From NCBI GenBank assembly GCA_948356915.1, contig CAOJCG010000012.1, forward strand, positions 232 through 64,231: DNA of 64,000 nucleotides, written 5' to 3'. The notes below the pieces were generated by a model that worked only from the letters and a program-made list of their open reading frames with translations, did not search any database and was not told where the DNA came from. The stretch is from an uncultured Clostridiaceae bacterium (lineage in GTDB: Bacteria > Bacillota > Clostridia > TANB77 > CAG-508). Position numbers and translations under genes: made by a program. Shown here in pieces: positions 34,083 through 44,535 of this stretch (within the stretch, counting starts at the first letter, position 1; each line of letters opens with the position of its first letter).

Positions 34083-34410
34083 AATGGAAGTTGGAAGTTG
34101 GAAGTTGGAAGTTGTAAACTTGGGTAATTTCTTTGTAGAATTTATCTTAAAGTATCAACCTCTAACTACTAACATCTAACCTCCTAAATAAAATATAAAA
34201 CAAAGAGTTAGGAAGTTAAATTGAAGTTAGGAGAAAAAATGGATAGGAAGTTTCTTAGAAGAGATTCTCAAAATCCAACCTCCAACTTCCAACTTCCAAC
34301 CTCAAAAAAATAAAAGAGATAGGAATTGGAAAACGAAGTAAGGATGCAAAAGGAAAATCTACAAAGAAATTCCCCGAGCTTTCAACCTCCAACTTCCAAC
34401 CTCTAATTAA
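34083..34410. repeat. Three tandem composite units (34083-34192, 34196-34308, 34310-34410) between rpsG and fusA
   Basis: Each unit has a purine arm (GGAAGTTGG x4), a CTWCRAAGAAATTMCC-like core (revcomp in unit 1) and a pyrimidine arm (CCAACCTCCAACTTCCAAC). Confidence 0.75.
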
Positions 34411-34430
34411 AAAAGGAGGAAAAAGCAAAA

Positions 34431-36512
34431 ATGGCTGGAAGAGAGTTTCCTTTAGAGAGAACAAGAAACATAGGAATCATGGCCCATATAGATGCTGGAA
34501 AAACTACTACTACAGAAAGAATTCTATTCTATACAGGTAGAACTCATAAAATAGGAGAAGTTCACGAAGGTGCGGCAACAATGGACTGGATGGTTCAAGA
34601 GCAAGAAAGAGGTATAACAATTACTTCAGCTGCAACAACATGTAAATGGATGGACAACAGAATAAACATCATAGACACTCCAGGACACGTTGACTTCACA
34701 GTAGAAGTTGAAAGATCTTTAAGAGTACTAGATGGTTCTGTATTAGTTCTAGCAGCAAGAAGTGGTGTACAACCACAATCAGAAACAGTTTGGAGACAAG
34801 CTGATAAATACAAAGTACCAAGAATGGCATATGTAAATAAAATGGATATGACAGGTGCAGATTTCTACGGATGCGTTGAGCAAATGAAAGAAAGATTAAA
34901 TGCAAATGCAGTTCCAATTGAATTACCAATAGGTGCTGAAGACAATTTCCAAGGAATTGTTGACTTAGTAAAAATGAGAGCTTTTATTCATAAAGATGAT
35001 TTAGGAAAAGAAATTGAAGAAACTGACATTCCTGAAGATTTAAAAGAAAAAGCAGAAGAATATAGAGCCGCAATGGTAGAAGCAGCAGCAGAACAAGATG
35101 ATGAATTAATGATGAAATATTTAGACGAAGGAGAATTAACACAAGATGAAATAAGAGCAGGTTTAAGAAAAGGAACAATAGCAAATACAATAGTTCCAGT
35201 AACATGTGGTTCATCATACAAAAACAAAGGTGTACAAGAATTATTAGATTCAATAGTATACTATATGCCATCTCCACTAGATATACCAAATATTAAAGGT
35301 GTAGATGACGCTGGAAATGAAGTAGAAAGAGTAACATCTGATACAGAACCATTCTCAGCATTAGCATTCAAAATAGCAACAGACCCATTTGTTGGAAAAC
35401 TTTGTTTCTTCAGAGTATATTCAGGAACATTAGAATCTGGATCTACAATATTAAATGCAAACAAAGACAAAAAAGACAGAATGGGAAGAATACTATTAAT
35501 GCATGCTAACCATAGAGAAGATATAGACAAAGTATATGCAGGAGATATAGCTGCAGCAGTTGGACTAAAAGAAGTATCTACAGGAGATACACTTTGTGAC
35601 CCAGCTCATCCAGTTATATTAGAATCAATGGAATTCCCAGAGCCAGTTATTGATATAGCTATAGAGCCAAAAGATAAAGCAAACAGTGAAAAAATGAGTA
35701 TAGCTTTAGCAAAATTAGCAGAAGAAGATCCAACATTCAAAACACATACAGACCATGAAACAGGTCAAACAATAATCGCTGGTATGGGTGAGCTTCACCT
35801 AGATATCATCGTAGACAGATTAAAGAGAGAATTTAAAGTTGAATGTACAGTTGGTAAACCACAAGTTTCTTACAAAGAAACAATAAGAAACAAAGTAAAA
35901 GTTCAAGGTAAATTTGCTCGTCAATCAGGTGGACGTGGACAATACGGAGATGTATGGATTGAATTAGAACCATTAGAGCCAGGAACAGGAGTTCAATTCG
36001 AAAGCCAAATCGTTGGTGGATCTGTACCAAAAGAATATGTAAAACCAACAGAAGAAGGTATTAGAGAAGCTGCTGAATCAGGAATTCTAGCTGGATATCC
36101 AGTTATAGACTTCAAAGCAACATTAGTAGATGGTTCATACCACGAAGTTGACTCATCAGAAATGGCATTCAAAATAGCAGGATCTATGGCATTCAAAGAA
36201 GGATGTCGTCAAGCAAAATCAGTACTATTAGAGCCAATAATGAGAGTAGAAGTAACAGTTCCAGAAGAATACATGGGAGATGTTATAGGAGATATAAACT
36301 CAAGACGTGGAAGAATGGAAGGAATGGAAGCACGTAGCGGAAGCCAAATAATTCGTGGATTTATACCACTATCAGAAATGTTTGGATATGCAACAGACTT
36401 ACGTTCAAGAACACAAGGAAGAGGAACATACGCAATGGAACCAAGCCATTACGAAGAAGTTCCAAAATCAGTACTTGAAGCAATAGTAGCATCAAGAGCA
36501 AAGAAAGATTAA
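34431..36512 (+). CDS. fusA: Elongation factor G
   Basis: AHIDAGKTT and DTPGHVDF motifs. 693 aa. Confidence 0.95.
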   Translation: MAGREFPLERTRNIGIMAHIDAGKTTTTERILFYTGRTHKIGEVHEGAATMDWMVQEQERGITITSAATTCKWMDNRINIIDTPGHVDFTVEVERSLRVLDGSVLVLAARSGVQPQSETVWRQADKYKVPRMAYVNKMDMTGADFYGCVEQMKERLNANAVPIELPIGAEDNFQGIVDLVKMRAFIHKDDLGKEIEETDIPEDLKEKAEEYRAAMVEAAAEQDDELMMKYLDEGELTQDEIRAGLRKGTIANTIVPVTCGSSYKNKGVQELLDSIVYYMPSPLDIPNIKGVDDAGNEVERVTSDTEPFSALAFKIATDPFVGKLCFFRVYSGTLESGSTILNANKDKKDRMGRILLMHANHREDIDKVYAGDIAAAVGLKEVSTGDTLCDPAHPVILESMEFPEPVIDIAIEPKDKANSEKMSIALAKLAEEDPTFKTHTDHETGQTIIAGMGELHLDIIVDRLKREFKVECTVGKPQVSYKETIRNKVKVQGKFARQSGGRGQYGDVWIELEPLEPGTGVQFESQIVGGSVPKEYVKPTEEGIREAAESGILAGYPVIDFKATLVDGSYHEVDSSEMAFKIAGSMAFKEGCRQAKSVLLEPIMRVEVTVPEEYMGDVIGDINSRRGRMEGMEARSGSQIIRGFIPLSEMFGYATDLRSRTQGRGTYAMEPSHYEEVPKSVLEAIVASRAKKD

Positions 36513-36542
36513 TAAAAATAGAATAGCAAATTAAATTCAATT

Positions 36543-36590
36543 GTAGGGGCGTGGCCTTGTGTCCGCCCTATGCTACAACGAAATTCCTTA
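36543..36590. repeat. REP-like element GTAGGGGCGTGGCCTTGTGTCCGCCC...CGAAATTCC
   Basis: GTAGGGGC plus hairpin. Confidence 0.55.
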
Positions 36591-36702
36591 AATAATAAAC
36601 ATTATTAGGATATGCCTTTGAGGAGGGACAGACACTAGGCATGCCTCTACATCGAATTTAATAACTGTTAAATATAATATTTAAAAATAAGGATGTGATA
36701 AT

Positions 36703-36918
36703 ATGTATGAAAGTATAAAGAAACAAAGGAAAAAATTTATTGAAGGTTTAAAGGCTGATGTTTCTGAATATAAAACAAATATATTATCAGATGAAAAAAC
36801 AAAATCTGCGTTAGATGCAGAAAAAATAAGAAAAGATTGGGAGCAAGTAGGTGCTGATATAAAAAGTAGTATTTCAGTTAGCATTTATGATAAACCAGTT
36901 AAGGACTTAAGTAAGTAA
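36703..36918 (+). CDS. Small hypothetical protein
   Basis: 71-aa ORF between fusA and tuf with weak support. Confidence 0.3.
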   Translation: MYESIKKQRKKFIEGLKADVSEYKTNILSDEKTKSALDAEKIRKDWEQVGADIKSSISVSIYDKPVKDLSK

Positions 36919-37076
36919 TATTCAAAGTGTTACTAAAAGAGGATACGAAAATGAAAAATAATTAAAAACACTTGCATTTTTCTAAAATTTGTTATAAAAT
37001 GCAAGCGTATAAAATTAGTTATTAATTTTAAAAAAATAAAAAATAAATGAAAAGAAAAAAAGGAGGAAAATTTCAA

Positions 37077-38276
37077 ATGGCAAAGGAAAAATTTGAAAGA
37101 ACTAAACCACACGTTAACATCGGTACAATCGGACATGTTGACCATGGTAAAACAACAACAACAGCAGCTATTACTAAATACTTAGGAATGTTAGGAAAAG
37201 CTAAATACGAAGCATATGATGCAATTGATAGTGCACCAGAAGAAAAAGCAAGAGGTATCACAATCAATACAGCACACGTAGAATATGAAACAGATAACAG
37301 ACACTACGCACACGTTGACTGTCCAGGACACGCTGACTACGTTAAAAACATGATTACAGGTGCAGCACAAATGGATGGTGCTATACTAGTTGTTTCAGCA
37401 GCAGATGGCCCAATGCCTCAAACAAGAGAGCACATCTTACTTGCAAGACAAGTTGGTGTTAAATTTATCGTAGTTTACCTAAACAAATGCGATATGGTTG
37501 ATGACCCAGAATTATTAGAATTAGTAGAAATGGAAGTAAGAGACTTATTAAGCGAATATGGTTTCCCAGGAGACGAAATTCCAATTATAAAAGGATCTTC
37601 ATTAAACGTTCTAGAATCAACATCAACAGATCCAAATGCACCAGAATATGCATGTATGAAAGAATTAATGGAAGCAGTTGATAGCTACATCCCAACACCA
37701 GAAAGACCAATCGACCAACCATTCTTAATGCCAGTAGAAGACGTATTCACAATTACAGGACGTGGAACAGTTGCAACTGGTAGAGTAGAAAGAGGAGTTG
37801 TTAAAGTACAAGACGAAGTTGAAATAGTTGGTATCAAACCAGTTAACAAGAGTGTTGTTACAGGTGTTGAAATGTTCAGAAAACTATTAGACCAAGCAGA
37901 AGCTGGAGACAACATAGGTGTATTATTAAGAGGTATTGATAGAAAAGACATCGAAAGAGGTCAAGTTCTAGCAAAACCAGGAACAATACATCCACACACA
38001 AAATTCACATCACAAGTATACGTTCTAACAAAAGAAGAAGGTGGACGTCATACACCATTCTTCGATGGATATAGACCACAATTCTATTTCAGAACAACAG
38101 ACGTTACAGGTGTTATCAAATTACCTGCTGGAACAGAAATGGTTATGCCAGGAGATAACGTAGATATGGAAATCGAATTAATCACTCCAATTGCTATCGA
38201 AAAAGGACTAAGATTCGCTATCCGTGAAGGTGGTAGAACAGTAGGTTCAGGTGTCGTAGCTGAAATTAAAGAGTAA
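37077..38276 (+). CDS. tuf: Elongation factor Tu
   Basis: [30 protein letters not shown] at 37077 follows RBS aaaggagga. Confidence 0.95.
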   Translation: MAKEKFERTKPHVNIGTIGHVDHGKTTTTAAITKYLGMLGKAKYEAYDAIDSAPEEKARGITINTAHVEYETDNRHYAHVDCPGHADYVKNMITGAAQMDGAILVVSAADGPMPQTREHILLARQVGVKFIVVYLNKCDMVDDPELLELVEMEVRDLLSEYGFPGDEIPIIKGSSLNVLESTSTDPNAPEYACMKELMEAVDSYIPTPERPIDQPFLMPVEDVFTITGRGTVATGRVERGVVKVQDEVEIVGIKPVNKSVVTGVEMFRKLLDQAEAGDNIGVLLRGIDRKDIERGQVLAKPGTIHPHTKFTSQVYVLTKEEGGRHTPFFDGYRPQFYFRTTDVTGVIKLPAGTEMVMPGDNVDMEIELITPIAIEKGLRFAIREGGRTVGSGVVAEIKE

Positions 38277-38287
38277 TTATAAAATAA

Positions 38288-38340
38288 ACCAAAAAGAAAG
38301 AATTGGGACACGTCCCAATTCTTTCTTTTTGGTTTTATTT
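38288..38340 (+). terminator. Rho-independent terminator after tuf
   Basis: Perfect 23-bp stem aaccaaaaagaaagaattgggac / gtcccaattctttctttttggtt plus a T-run. Confidence 0.8.
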
Positions 38341-38342
38341 GG

Positions 38343-38435
38343 CTTTAAAAGTACTTATCAAGTATTGGTGCAATAATGAACCAAAAGATATAACTACCAA
38401 CAATAGAACCAAGAATATAAAATATAGCATTTGTC
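38343..38435 (-). CDS. Candidate 30-aa hydrophobic peptide (MTNAIFYILGSIVGSYIFWFIIAPILDKYF)
   Basis: One TM segment. It lies just downstream of the Cys-rich ORF, and an aggagg sits 16 nt upstream. Too short to appear in the ORF track. Confidence 0.25.
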
Positions 38436-38456
38436 ATTGTTATAATGAATATCCTC

Positions 38457-38642
38457 CTATTTTGTAGATGTTTCTTTTTTGATGTTGTTAGCAGAAACTT
38501 TAGTGTACTCGGGGTACTCAGTGTTTGGAATTAAAGGCATTCCAGCAGAAGCACATCCCGCACGGAAAAAAAGTTGACACTTGCACTGTGAAAATCCACA
38601 AGGATAATCACAAAAATATCCTTTAGCATTTGTTTTAGCCAT
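38457..38642 (-). CDS. Small cysteine-rich protein
   Basis: 61 aa with CDYPCGFSQCKC and GCASAG motifs. Strong RBS taggagg 6 nt upstream. Confidence 0.5.
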   Translation of the reverse strand: MAKTNAKGYFCDYPCGFSQCKCQLFFRAGCASAGMPLIPNTEYPEYTKVSANNIKKETSTK

Positions 38643-39207
38643 AAAAGCCTCCTATTCATTGAAAGAACTATAAACCTAGTTTAATTAAAAAGTTACTATT
38701 ATAATTACAATATACTTTACATAAAATATAAAGTAAAATAGGTAAATTTTGTATGTTATATATAACTATTCATGGATTAGTATAAAATGCAACTTATAAT
38801 AGTAGATTGGGCGATTATTAATTGCCTGTGCACCAACAGCGTAGTTATATATATCTAATTCACTACTCGCCCGAAGAGTTAAAAAATTAATCGCTCATAT
38901 ATCAGTTTTTAGTTTATTTTATTATATTGGCTCTGAATAATTAATTAAAAATTTTTATCATTTGCACAATTAGAATAATAATTTCACATTGCAATATTTA
39001 ATGGTAAGGATATATGTAAGAATTCATTTAATTACAATATAAATTTAAATAAATAATTTATGCCATAATTTAGATAGCATAACCAAATAAAAGAAAGAGG
39101 CTTCGTCCCCCCAGACGAGCAATGCACGCCCATACATTTTAACTTAAAATAGAGTACTTTCCTAGTATAAAATAAAAGAACGAGAGCATTGCTCCCGTTC
39201 TAGAATT

Positions 39208-39468
39208 TTAAGCAGATAACTGGCAAGATAAGTACTCTTCAATACTATTAGCTTTCTTTCCATATTTGGCACGATCCTCATAGGCTTCCAGCATTGCGTC
39301 CATGTCAGGGGACTGAGGAATTCGAGGAGGATTGCCTAAAATAGGTTTTAAAAGCTCGATAGTTAACGTAGAAGCTTTCTTGTACTCCTCAAGAAGTGTA
39401 TCCAAAGAAGTATTAAATGCCTCAAATTCTGTAGAAGTTAAAATGTTACGTAAGTCACAAATAGTCAT
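39208..39468 (-). CDS. Hypothetical protein
   Basis: 86 aa with RBS aaggag and a terminator hairpin (agaacgagagca/tgctcccgttct) after its 3' end. Confidence 0.45.
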   Translation of the reverse strand: MTICDLRNILTSTEFEAFNTSLDTLLEEYKKASTLTIELLKPILGNPPRIPQSPDMDAMLEAYEDRAKYGKKANSIEEYLSCQLSA

Positions 39469-39714
39469 AATGAATCTCCTTCTTAAAAAAATTATAGTAT
39501 ACTAAAATTATAACATAAATTGACATAAAAATCAAATTTTACCCTTTAAAAATTTGCAAAACTATGATAAAATAGAAAAAGTGTATAAAAGAAAAGGAAC
39601 AAAATGAAAAAAGTAGCATTTTGCACACTAGGTTGGCTAAAAGTACAATTGAGTATGAAAAAATTAGCTTAGAAAAAAGAAAAAAGATAGAAATCGCTGA
39701 AAGGTAGTAATAAT

Positions 39715-41086
39715 ATGGAAAATAAAAAAAATAATAAGAAAAGAAGGGTTGCTTTTTTTACTTTACGGTTGCAAAGTAAATCAATACGAAACAAATGCAA
39801 TGATAGAGCAATTTATGAAAAAAGGATATGAAATAGTAAATTTTGAAGAAAAGGCAGACATATATATAATAAACACATGCACAGTAACAAATATGGCAGA
39901 TAGAAAATCAAGACAAATGTTAAGAAGAGTTAAAGAAATAAATAGAGAGGCTATAGTGGTAGCATGTGGTTGTTATGCACAAGTAGCGAAGGAAGAACTA
40001 GAAAAAATTCCAGAAATAGATTTAATATATGGGACAAATGAGAAAAATAGGATAGCAGAATATATTGAGAGGGAGTGCCCATTCCAATTGGGGACGTTTC
40101 CAATTGGGGTATCTGACACTTTTGGGGTATCTGTCCCTTTTGGGAAATTTCCTAATGGAAAAGTAACAGATGTAATGTACCAAAAAGAATTTTTAGATTT
40201 TGGTACAACATTGTACACAGAAAAAACAAGAGCAGTTATAAAAGTTCAAGATGGTTGTGATAGATTTTGTAGTTATTGCATAATTCCATATGCAAGAGGG
40301 CATGTAAGGAGTAGAAAGCCAGAAAGTGTTATAGAGGAAATAAAAGGGATAGCAAAAGAAGGAATAAAAGAAGTAGTTATAACAGGAATACATGTAGCTT
40401 CTTATGGAAAAGATTTTAAAGATGATATAGGTTTAATTGATTTACTAGAAAAAGTAAATGAAATTGAAGGAATAGAAAGAATACGTTTAGGTTCAATAGA
40501 ACCAACAATAATAACTGATGGATTTTTAGAAAGACTAACAAAGCTAGAAAAAATATGTGATCATTTTCATCTATCACTTCAAAGTGGTTGTGATGAAACA
40601 CTAAAAAGAATGAATAGAAAATACACAACTGAACAATTTAGAAAAAGTACTAACCTTCTAAAAAAAGCATATCCAAATGTAGCACTAACAACAGATATAA
40701 TAGTAGGTTTTCCAGGGGAAACAGATGAAGAATTTGAAAAAACATATAACTTCCTAAAAGAAATAGATTTCTATAAAATGCACATATTCAAATATTCACA
40801 AAGGAGAGGAACAAAAGCAGCTGTAATGGCAAATCAAATAGATGGAAATGTAAAAGAACAAAGAAGTAGAAGGTTAATAGACTTATCTAACAAAAATGAA
40901 AAAAGGCATAATGAGAAATATATTGGAAAAGAAGTAAAAGTTTTATTTGAAGAAAAAGAAGGAGATTATATAAAGGGTCATACTACTAATTATATGGTTG
41001 TAAAAATACCATACAGAAAAATAGAAAATATTATTGAAAAAGTTAAAATTGATAAGGAAGAAAATTTAGAATTAATAGGAAAATAA
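39715..41086 (+). pseudogene. mtaB: tRNA methylthiotransferase MtaB (MiaB-like), N-terminal frameshift
   Basis: ATG 39715 frame gives MENKKNNKKRRVAFFTL, matching the conserved VAFYTL N-terminus. GCKVNQYE...CxxxCxxC(CSYC)...TRAM continues in another frame from about 39766 (track ORF 39749..41086, TTG start). Confidence 0.7.
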
Positions 41087-41315
41087 TTTAAATAGTGAAA
41101 ACGTAATTTATTATATTTACTGTTAAAGAATATTTTGTTATATAGGGGCGAGGTAGGTAAGAAATACTAAAAGAAATTAGCTAGTTGCCCCCTAAATAGT
41201 TTTCATTTTAAGAGGTAAATAATAAAAAACAAGTTGACATATTGTATGGTTTTATGTATAATATAAGAAGTTAAAAAGAAAGTAATAAACCAATTCTTAA
41301 TTAAGGAGGTAATAT

Positions 41316-41594
41316 ATGAAAAGGATTATTACAAAGGAATGGAAACGGGTAAAAAATATTGTACAAAAAAATAAGTCAATACAAAGTGCAGTGTTTACCC
41401 TATTTTCTATTTTTATAGGTGGAATATTAGCAACTATTGGAGTAGCGATATTTGAACCTACTTATGTGTATCCATCAATAAGAATCTTCATAGCAACATA
41501 TCTTGCAGGGGGAATATTATTCATAATAGGCATTGTAGCAATAGTTATTAATATAGCGCTATTATGGCTTGCGATTAGCTTATTTAATCATTAA
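41316..41594 (+). CDS. Small membrane protein (2 TM)
   Basis: 92 aa with RBS aaggagg and promoter TTGACA-17-TATAAT upstream. Confidence 0.4.
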   Translation: MKRIITKEWKRVKNIVQKNKSIQSAVFTLFSIFIGGILATIGVAIFEPTYVYPSIRIFIATYLAGGILFIIGIVAIVINIALLWLAISLFNH

Positions 41595-41610
41595 ACAAGG
41601 AGAAAAAAGT

Positions 41611-42000
41611 ATGAGAAGAATTAATTTGAAGGAAATTTTACGGCAGACTCTTGAAAATGCAGGAATTTCAGAAAGCTATTACAGTATAAAAGGCTATAAA
41701 GAAGGTGCTACATGCATGGAAAAAACAGGTAAAGTATATGTGGTATATGATGCCAAAAGAGCAGAAAAATATATACATAAAGAATGCAAAAATGAACTAG
41801 AAGCATGTAAAGAGATGATTCGTAGCATAGCTAAAAATAATGAAGATTTTCAAATACTTAGTCAAGAATTTTTTGATGCTAGAGCTAAAGAAGTATTAAA
41901 ACAAGTATTTGATAATGAAGGCATACCACAGCAGTATTATTCCTTAGAAGGATATGTAGAAGAAGCAGTATGCATTGAAAAAATAATAAAAACTATATAG
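41611..42000 (+). CDS. Hypothetical protein with an internal duplicated ~20-aa motif
   Basis: YYSIKGYKEGATCMEK repeats as YYSLEGYVEEAVCIEK. ATG 41611 follows RBS aaggagaaaaaagt. Confidence 0.4.
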   Translation: MRRINLKEILRQTLENAGISESYYSIKGYKEGATCMEKTGKVYVVYDAKRAEKYIHKECKNELEACKEMIRSIAKNNEDFQILSQEFFDARAKEVLKQVFDNEGIPQQYYSLEGYVEEAVCIEKIIKTI

Positions 42001-42410
42001 TGTATATTGGTGAAAGAGGTAATAAACATAGTGTAAGTAAGCATTCAAATATATCAAAAGCACTCTTAAATCTTATTTCAAAGGTAACACAAAACTATGC
42101 GCAAGAAGAAAGAGTAGTAGAAGCTTTCATAAATAAATTATATAAAACAGCATAGAAATAAAAAAGTTGATAGATTACTAATTAGTAGTTTATCAGCTTT
42201 TTTATTATGGACAATGGAACAATGTTTTATCACTAGGATTTCAGAATTAAATTTAGATAAGTAGAAAATCAAATGGTAGACAAGAGTAGTAAACAAACCA
42301 CCTTCCCATTGTCACTATTTTGAAATAATTAACTAGAAACCTTGATTTTTAAGCCTATATGTAATATAATTTCAAATAATGTTATAGGAAATAATAGGAG
42401 GAAAATAAAA

Positions 42411-44171
42411 ATGGAAAAGAAAAATTTAAAAGATTTATATATAAATTTCTTTGTAGAAAATGCACATGTTCAAATACCATCAGCGCCAGTTGTGCCAGAA
42501 AATGACCCAAGTGTACTATTTAATACAGCAGGAATGCAACCATTAGTGCCATATTTAATGGGGCAAAAACATCCACTAGGAACACGTCTTTGCGACTATC
42601 AAAAATGTATAAGAACAAATGACTTAGAAGAAATAGGAGATAAAACACACCACACATTTTTTGAAATGCTAGGAAACTGGAGTTTAGGAGATTACTTCAA
42701 AAAAGAATCTATTACATGGAGTTTTGAATTTTTAACAAAAGTATTAAACATACCAGTTGAAAAACTAGCAGTAACAGTATTCGAAGGAAATAATGAAGTT
42801 CCAAGAGATGAAGAATCAGCAAATGTATGGAAAAGTTTAGGCATTCCAGCAGAAAGAATAAGTTACTTAGATAAAGACAATAACTTCTGGATAGCAGGAG
42901 AAGTAGGTCCATGTGGACCAGATACAGAAATATTTTACTGGAGAAGCGAAGACGAAGTCCCACAAAAACACGACCCAGAAGATGAAAGATGGGTAGAAAT
43001 ATGGAACAATGTATTTATGCAATATGAAAGACATAAAGATGGAACAGTAACAGAACTTCCACATAAAAATGTAGATACAGGAATGGGAGTAGAAAGAACA
43101 GTAGCAATACTAGAGGGAGTAGATGACAACTACTTAACATCAATATGGGAAGATGTAGTAGGGAAAATAGAAGAAATGTCAAATACAACATATGTAGAAA
43201 ACGCAAAAAGTATAAGAATAATAGCAGACCATATACGTACAGCAGTATTTATTGCAGGAGATAACTCAGGAATAAAGCCATCAAACACAGACCAAGGCTA
43301 TATATTAAGAAGATTAATAAGAAGAATGATACGCCATGCTAAAAAAATAGGAATAGATTTAGAAAGTGGTTTTGAAAGAACTTTAGCATTAATGATAATA
43401 GAAAAATATGCAAAATATTATGATGAACTAGAAAAAAATAAAGAAGTAATATTAGATGTTTTAACAAATGAATTAAAGAAATTTAACAGAACTCTAGAAA
43501 AAGGTTTAAGAGAATTTGAAAAAATAGTATCAAATTTAGAAGGAACTACATTAAACAAAGATTTAGCATTCAAACTATATGACACATACGGTTTCCCACT
43601 AGAGCTAACAGTAGAACTAGCAGAAGAAAAAGGAATAACAGTAGATAAAGTTGGTTTCGAACAAAAATTTAAAGAACACCAAGAAAAATCAAGAGCAGGT
43701 TCAGAGCAAAGGTTTAAAGGAGGTCTCGCAGGAGATGGCGAAATAGAAACAAAATATCATACAGCAACACACCTTTTAAATGCAGCACTAAAACAAATAA
43801 TAAGTAAAGATGTACATCAAAGAGGTTCAAATATAACAGTAGAAAGAATGAGATTTGACTTCAACTGTGACCACAAATTAACAGATGAAGAAAAACAAAA
43901 AGTAGAAGACCTAGTAAATGAATGGATAAAACAAGAAATACCAGTAACAGTAGAAGAAATGAGCAAACAAGAAGCAATAGAATCAGGAGCAGAGTGTATG
44001 TTTATAGAGAAATATCCAAATATTGTTACAGTATATAGTATAGGGGATATATCAAAAGAACTATGCGGAGGTCCACATGTACAAAATACAAAAGAGCTAG
44101 GACACTTTAAAATAAAAAAAGAAGAAGCAAGTTCAGCAGGAGTAAGGAGAATTAAAGCAATATTGGAGTAG
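42411..44171 (+). CDS. alaS: Compact alanine--tRNA ligase-like protein lacking the editing-domain beta-barrel and the C-Ala domain
   Basis: Class II AlaRS catalytic motifs (FNTAGMQ, KCIRTNDLEEIGDKTHHTFFEMLGNWSLGDYF, GPCGPDTEIFY, WNNVFMQYER). A short linker leads directly to editing-core motifs HTATHLL and CGGPH. 586 aa total. Confidence 0.7.
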   Translation: MEKKNLKDLYINFFVENAHVQIPSAPVVPENDPSVLFNTAGMQPLVPYLMGQKHPLGTRLCDYQKCIRTNDLEEIGDKTHHTFFEMLGNWSLGDYFKKESITWSFEFLTKVLNIPVEKLAVTVFEGNNEVPRDEESANVWKSLGIPAERISYLDKDNNFWIAGEVGPCGPDTEIFYWRSEDEVPQKHDPEDERWVEIWNNVFMQYERHKDGTVTELPHKNVDTGMGVERTVAILEGVDDNYLTSIWEDVVGKIEEMSNTTYVENAKSIRIIADHIRTAVFIAGDNSGIKPSNTDQGYILRRLIRRMIRHAKKIGIDLESGFERTLALMIIEKYAKYYDELEKNKEVILDVLTNELKKFNRTLEKGLREFEKIVSNLEGTTLNKDLAFKLYDTYGFPLELTVELAEEKGITVDKVGFEQKFKEHQEKSRAGSEQRFKGGLAGDGEIETKYHTATHLLNAALKQIISKDVHQRGSNITVERMRFDFNCDHKLTDEEKQKVEDLVNEWIKQEIPVTVEEMSKQEAIESGAECMFIEKYPNIVTVYSIGDISKELCGGPHVQNTKELGHFKIKKEEASSAGVRRIKAILE

Positions 44172-44535
44172 AAAATAAGAGAAGTTCGAATAAGGACTTC
44201 TCTTATTAAAAAGGAGCTTACAAATGTAAGCTCCACAACCATACAGTCAATACCGCTGGTTCGTCGCGTGACAATGTCACACGGTACGGCACATCTACGT
44301 GATACATATGAGACATGCTAGATACTCTCAATAGAGTACACTTATTATATAATAATTTTTAAAAATGTCAATATTTAATGCAAAATTTTTTAAAACATAT
44401 TAATTGATTTTTAAAACAATTTATAATATAATTATTAACATATTTTAAAATTTATTTTGAAAAGTATTAAATATCAAAATAGTATGATATTATCTAATAT
44501 TTTACAAAAAAATAAATTAAGAGATAGGAGAAAAA

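Noticed and set aside
34083-34410. Tandem GGAAGTTGG / CCAACTTCC repeats as a possible CRISPR array
   Set aside because: The repeats are 8-9 nt and imperfect, with no uniform 25-40-nt repeat and spacer periodicity and no cas genes. They form complementary purine and pyrimidine arms of a composite repeat instead.
34255-34464. Short ORFs lying within repeat elements (e.g. 34255-34464, 33436-33660, 50681-50941)
   Set aside because: These are translations of the arm-core-arm repeats, with no coding signal.
42001-42410. T-box leader upstream of the alaS-like gene
   Set aside because: No AGGGUGGNACCGCG T-box sequence or specifier-loop architecture was found on either strand. The region only contains a terminator-like hairpin and the promoter.
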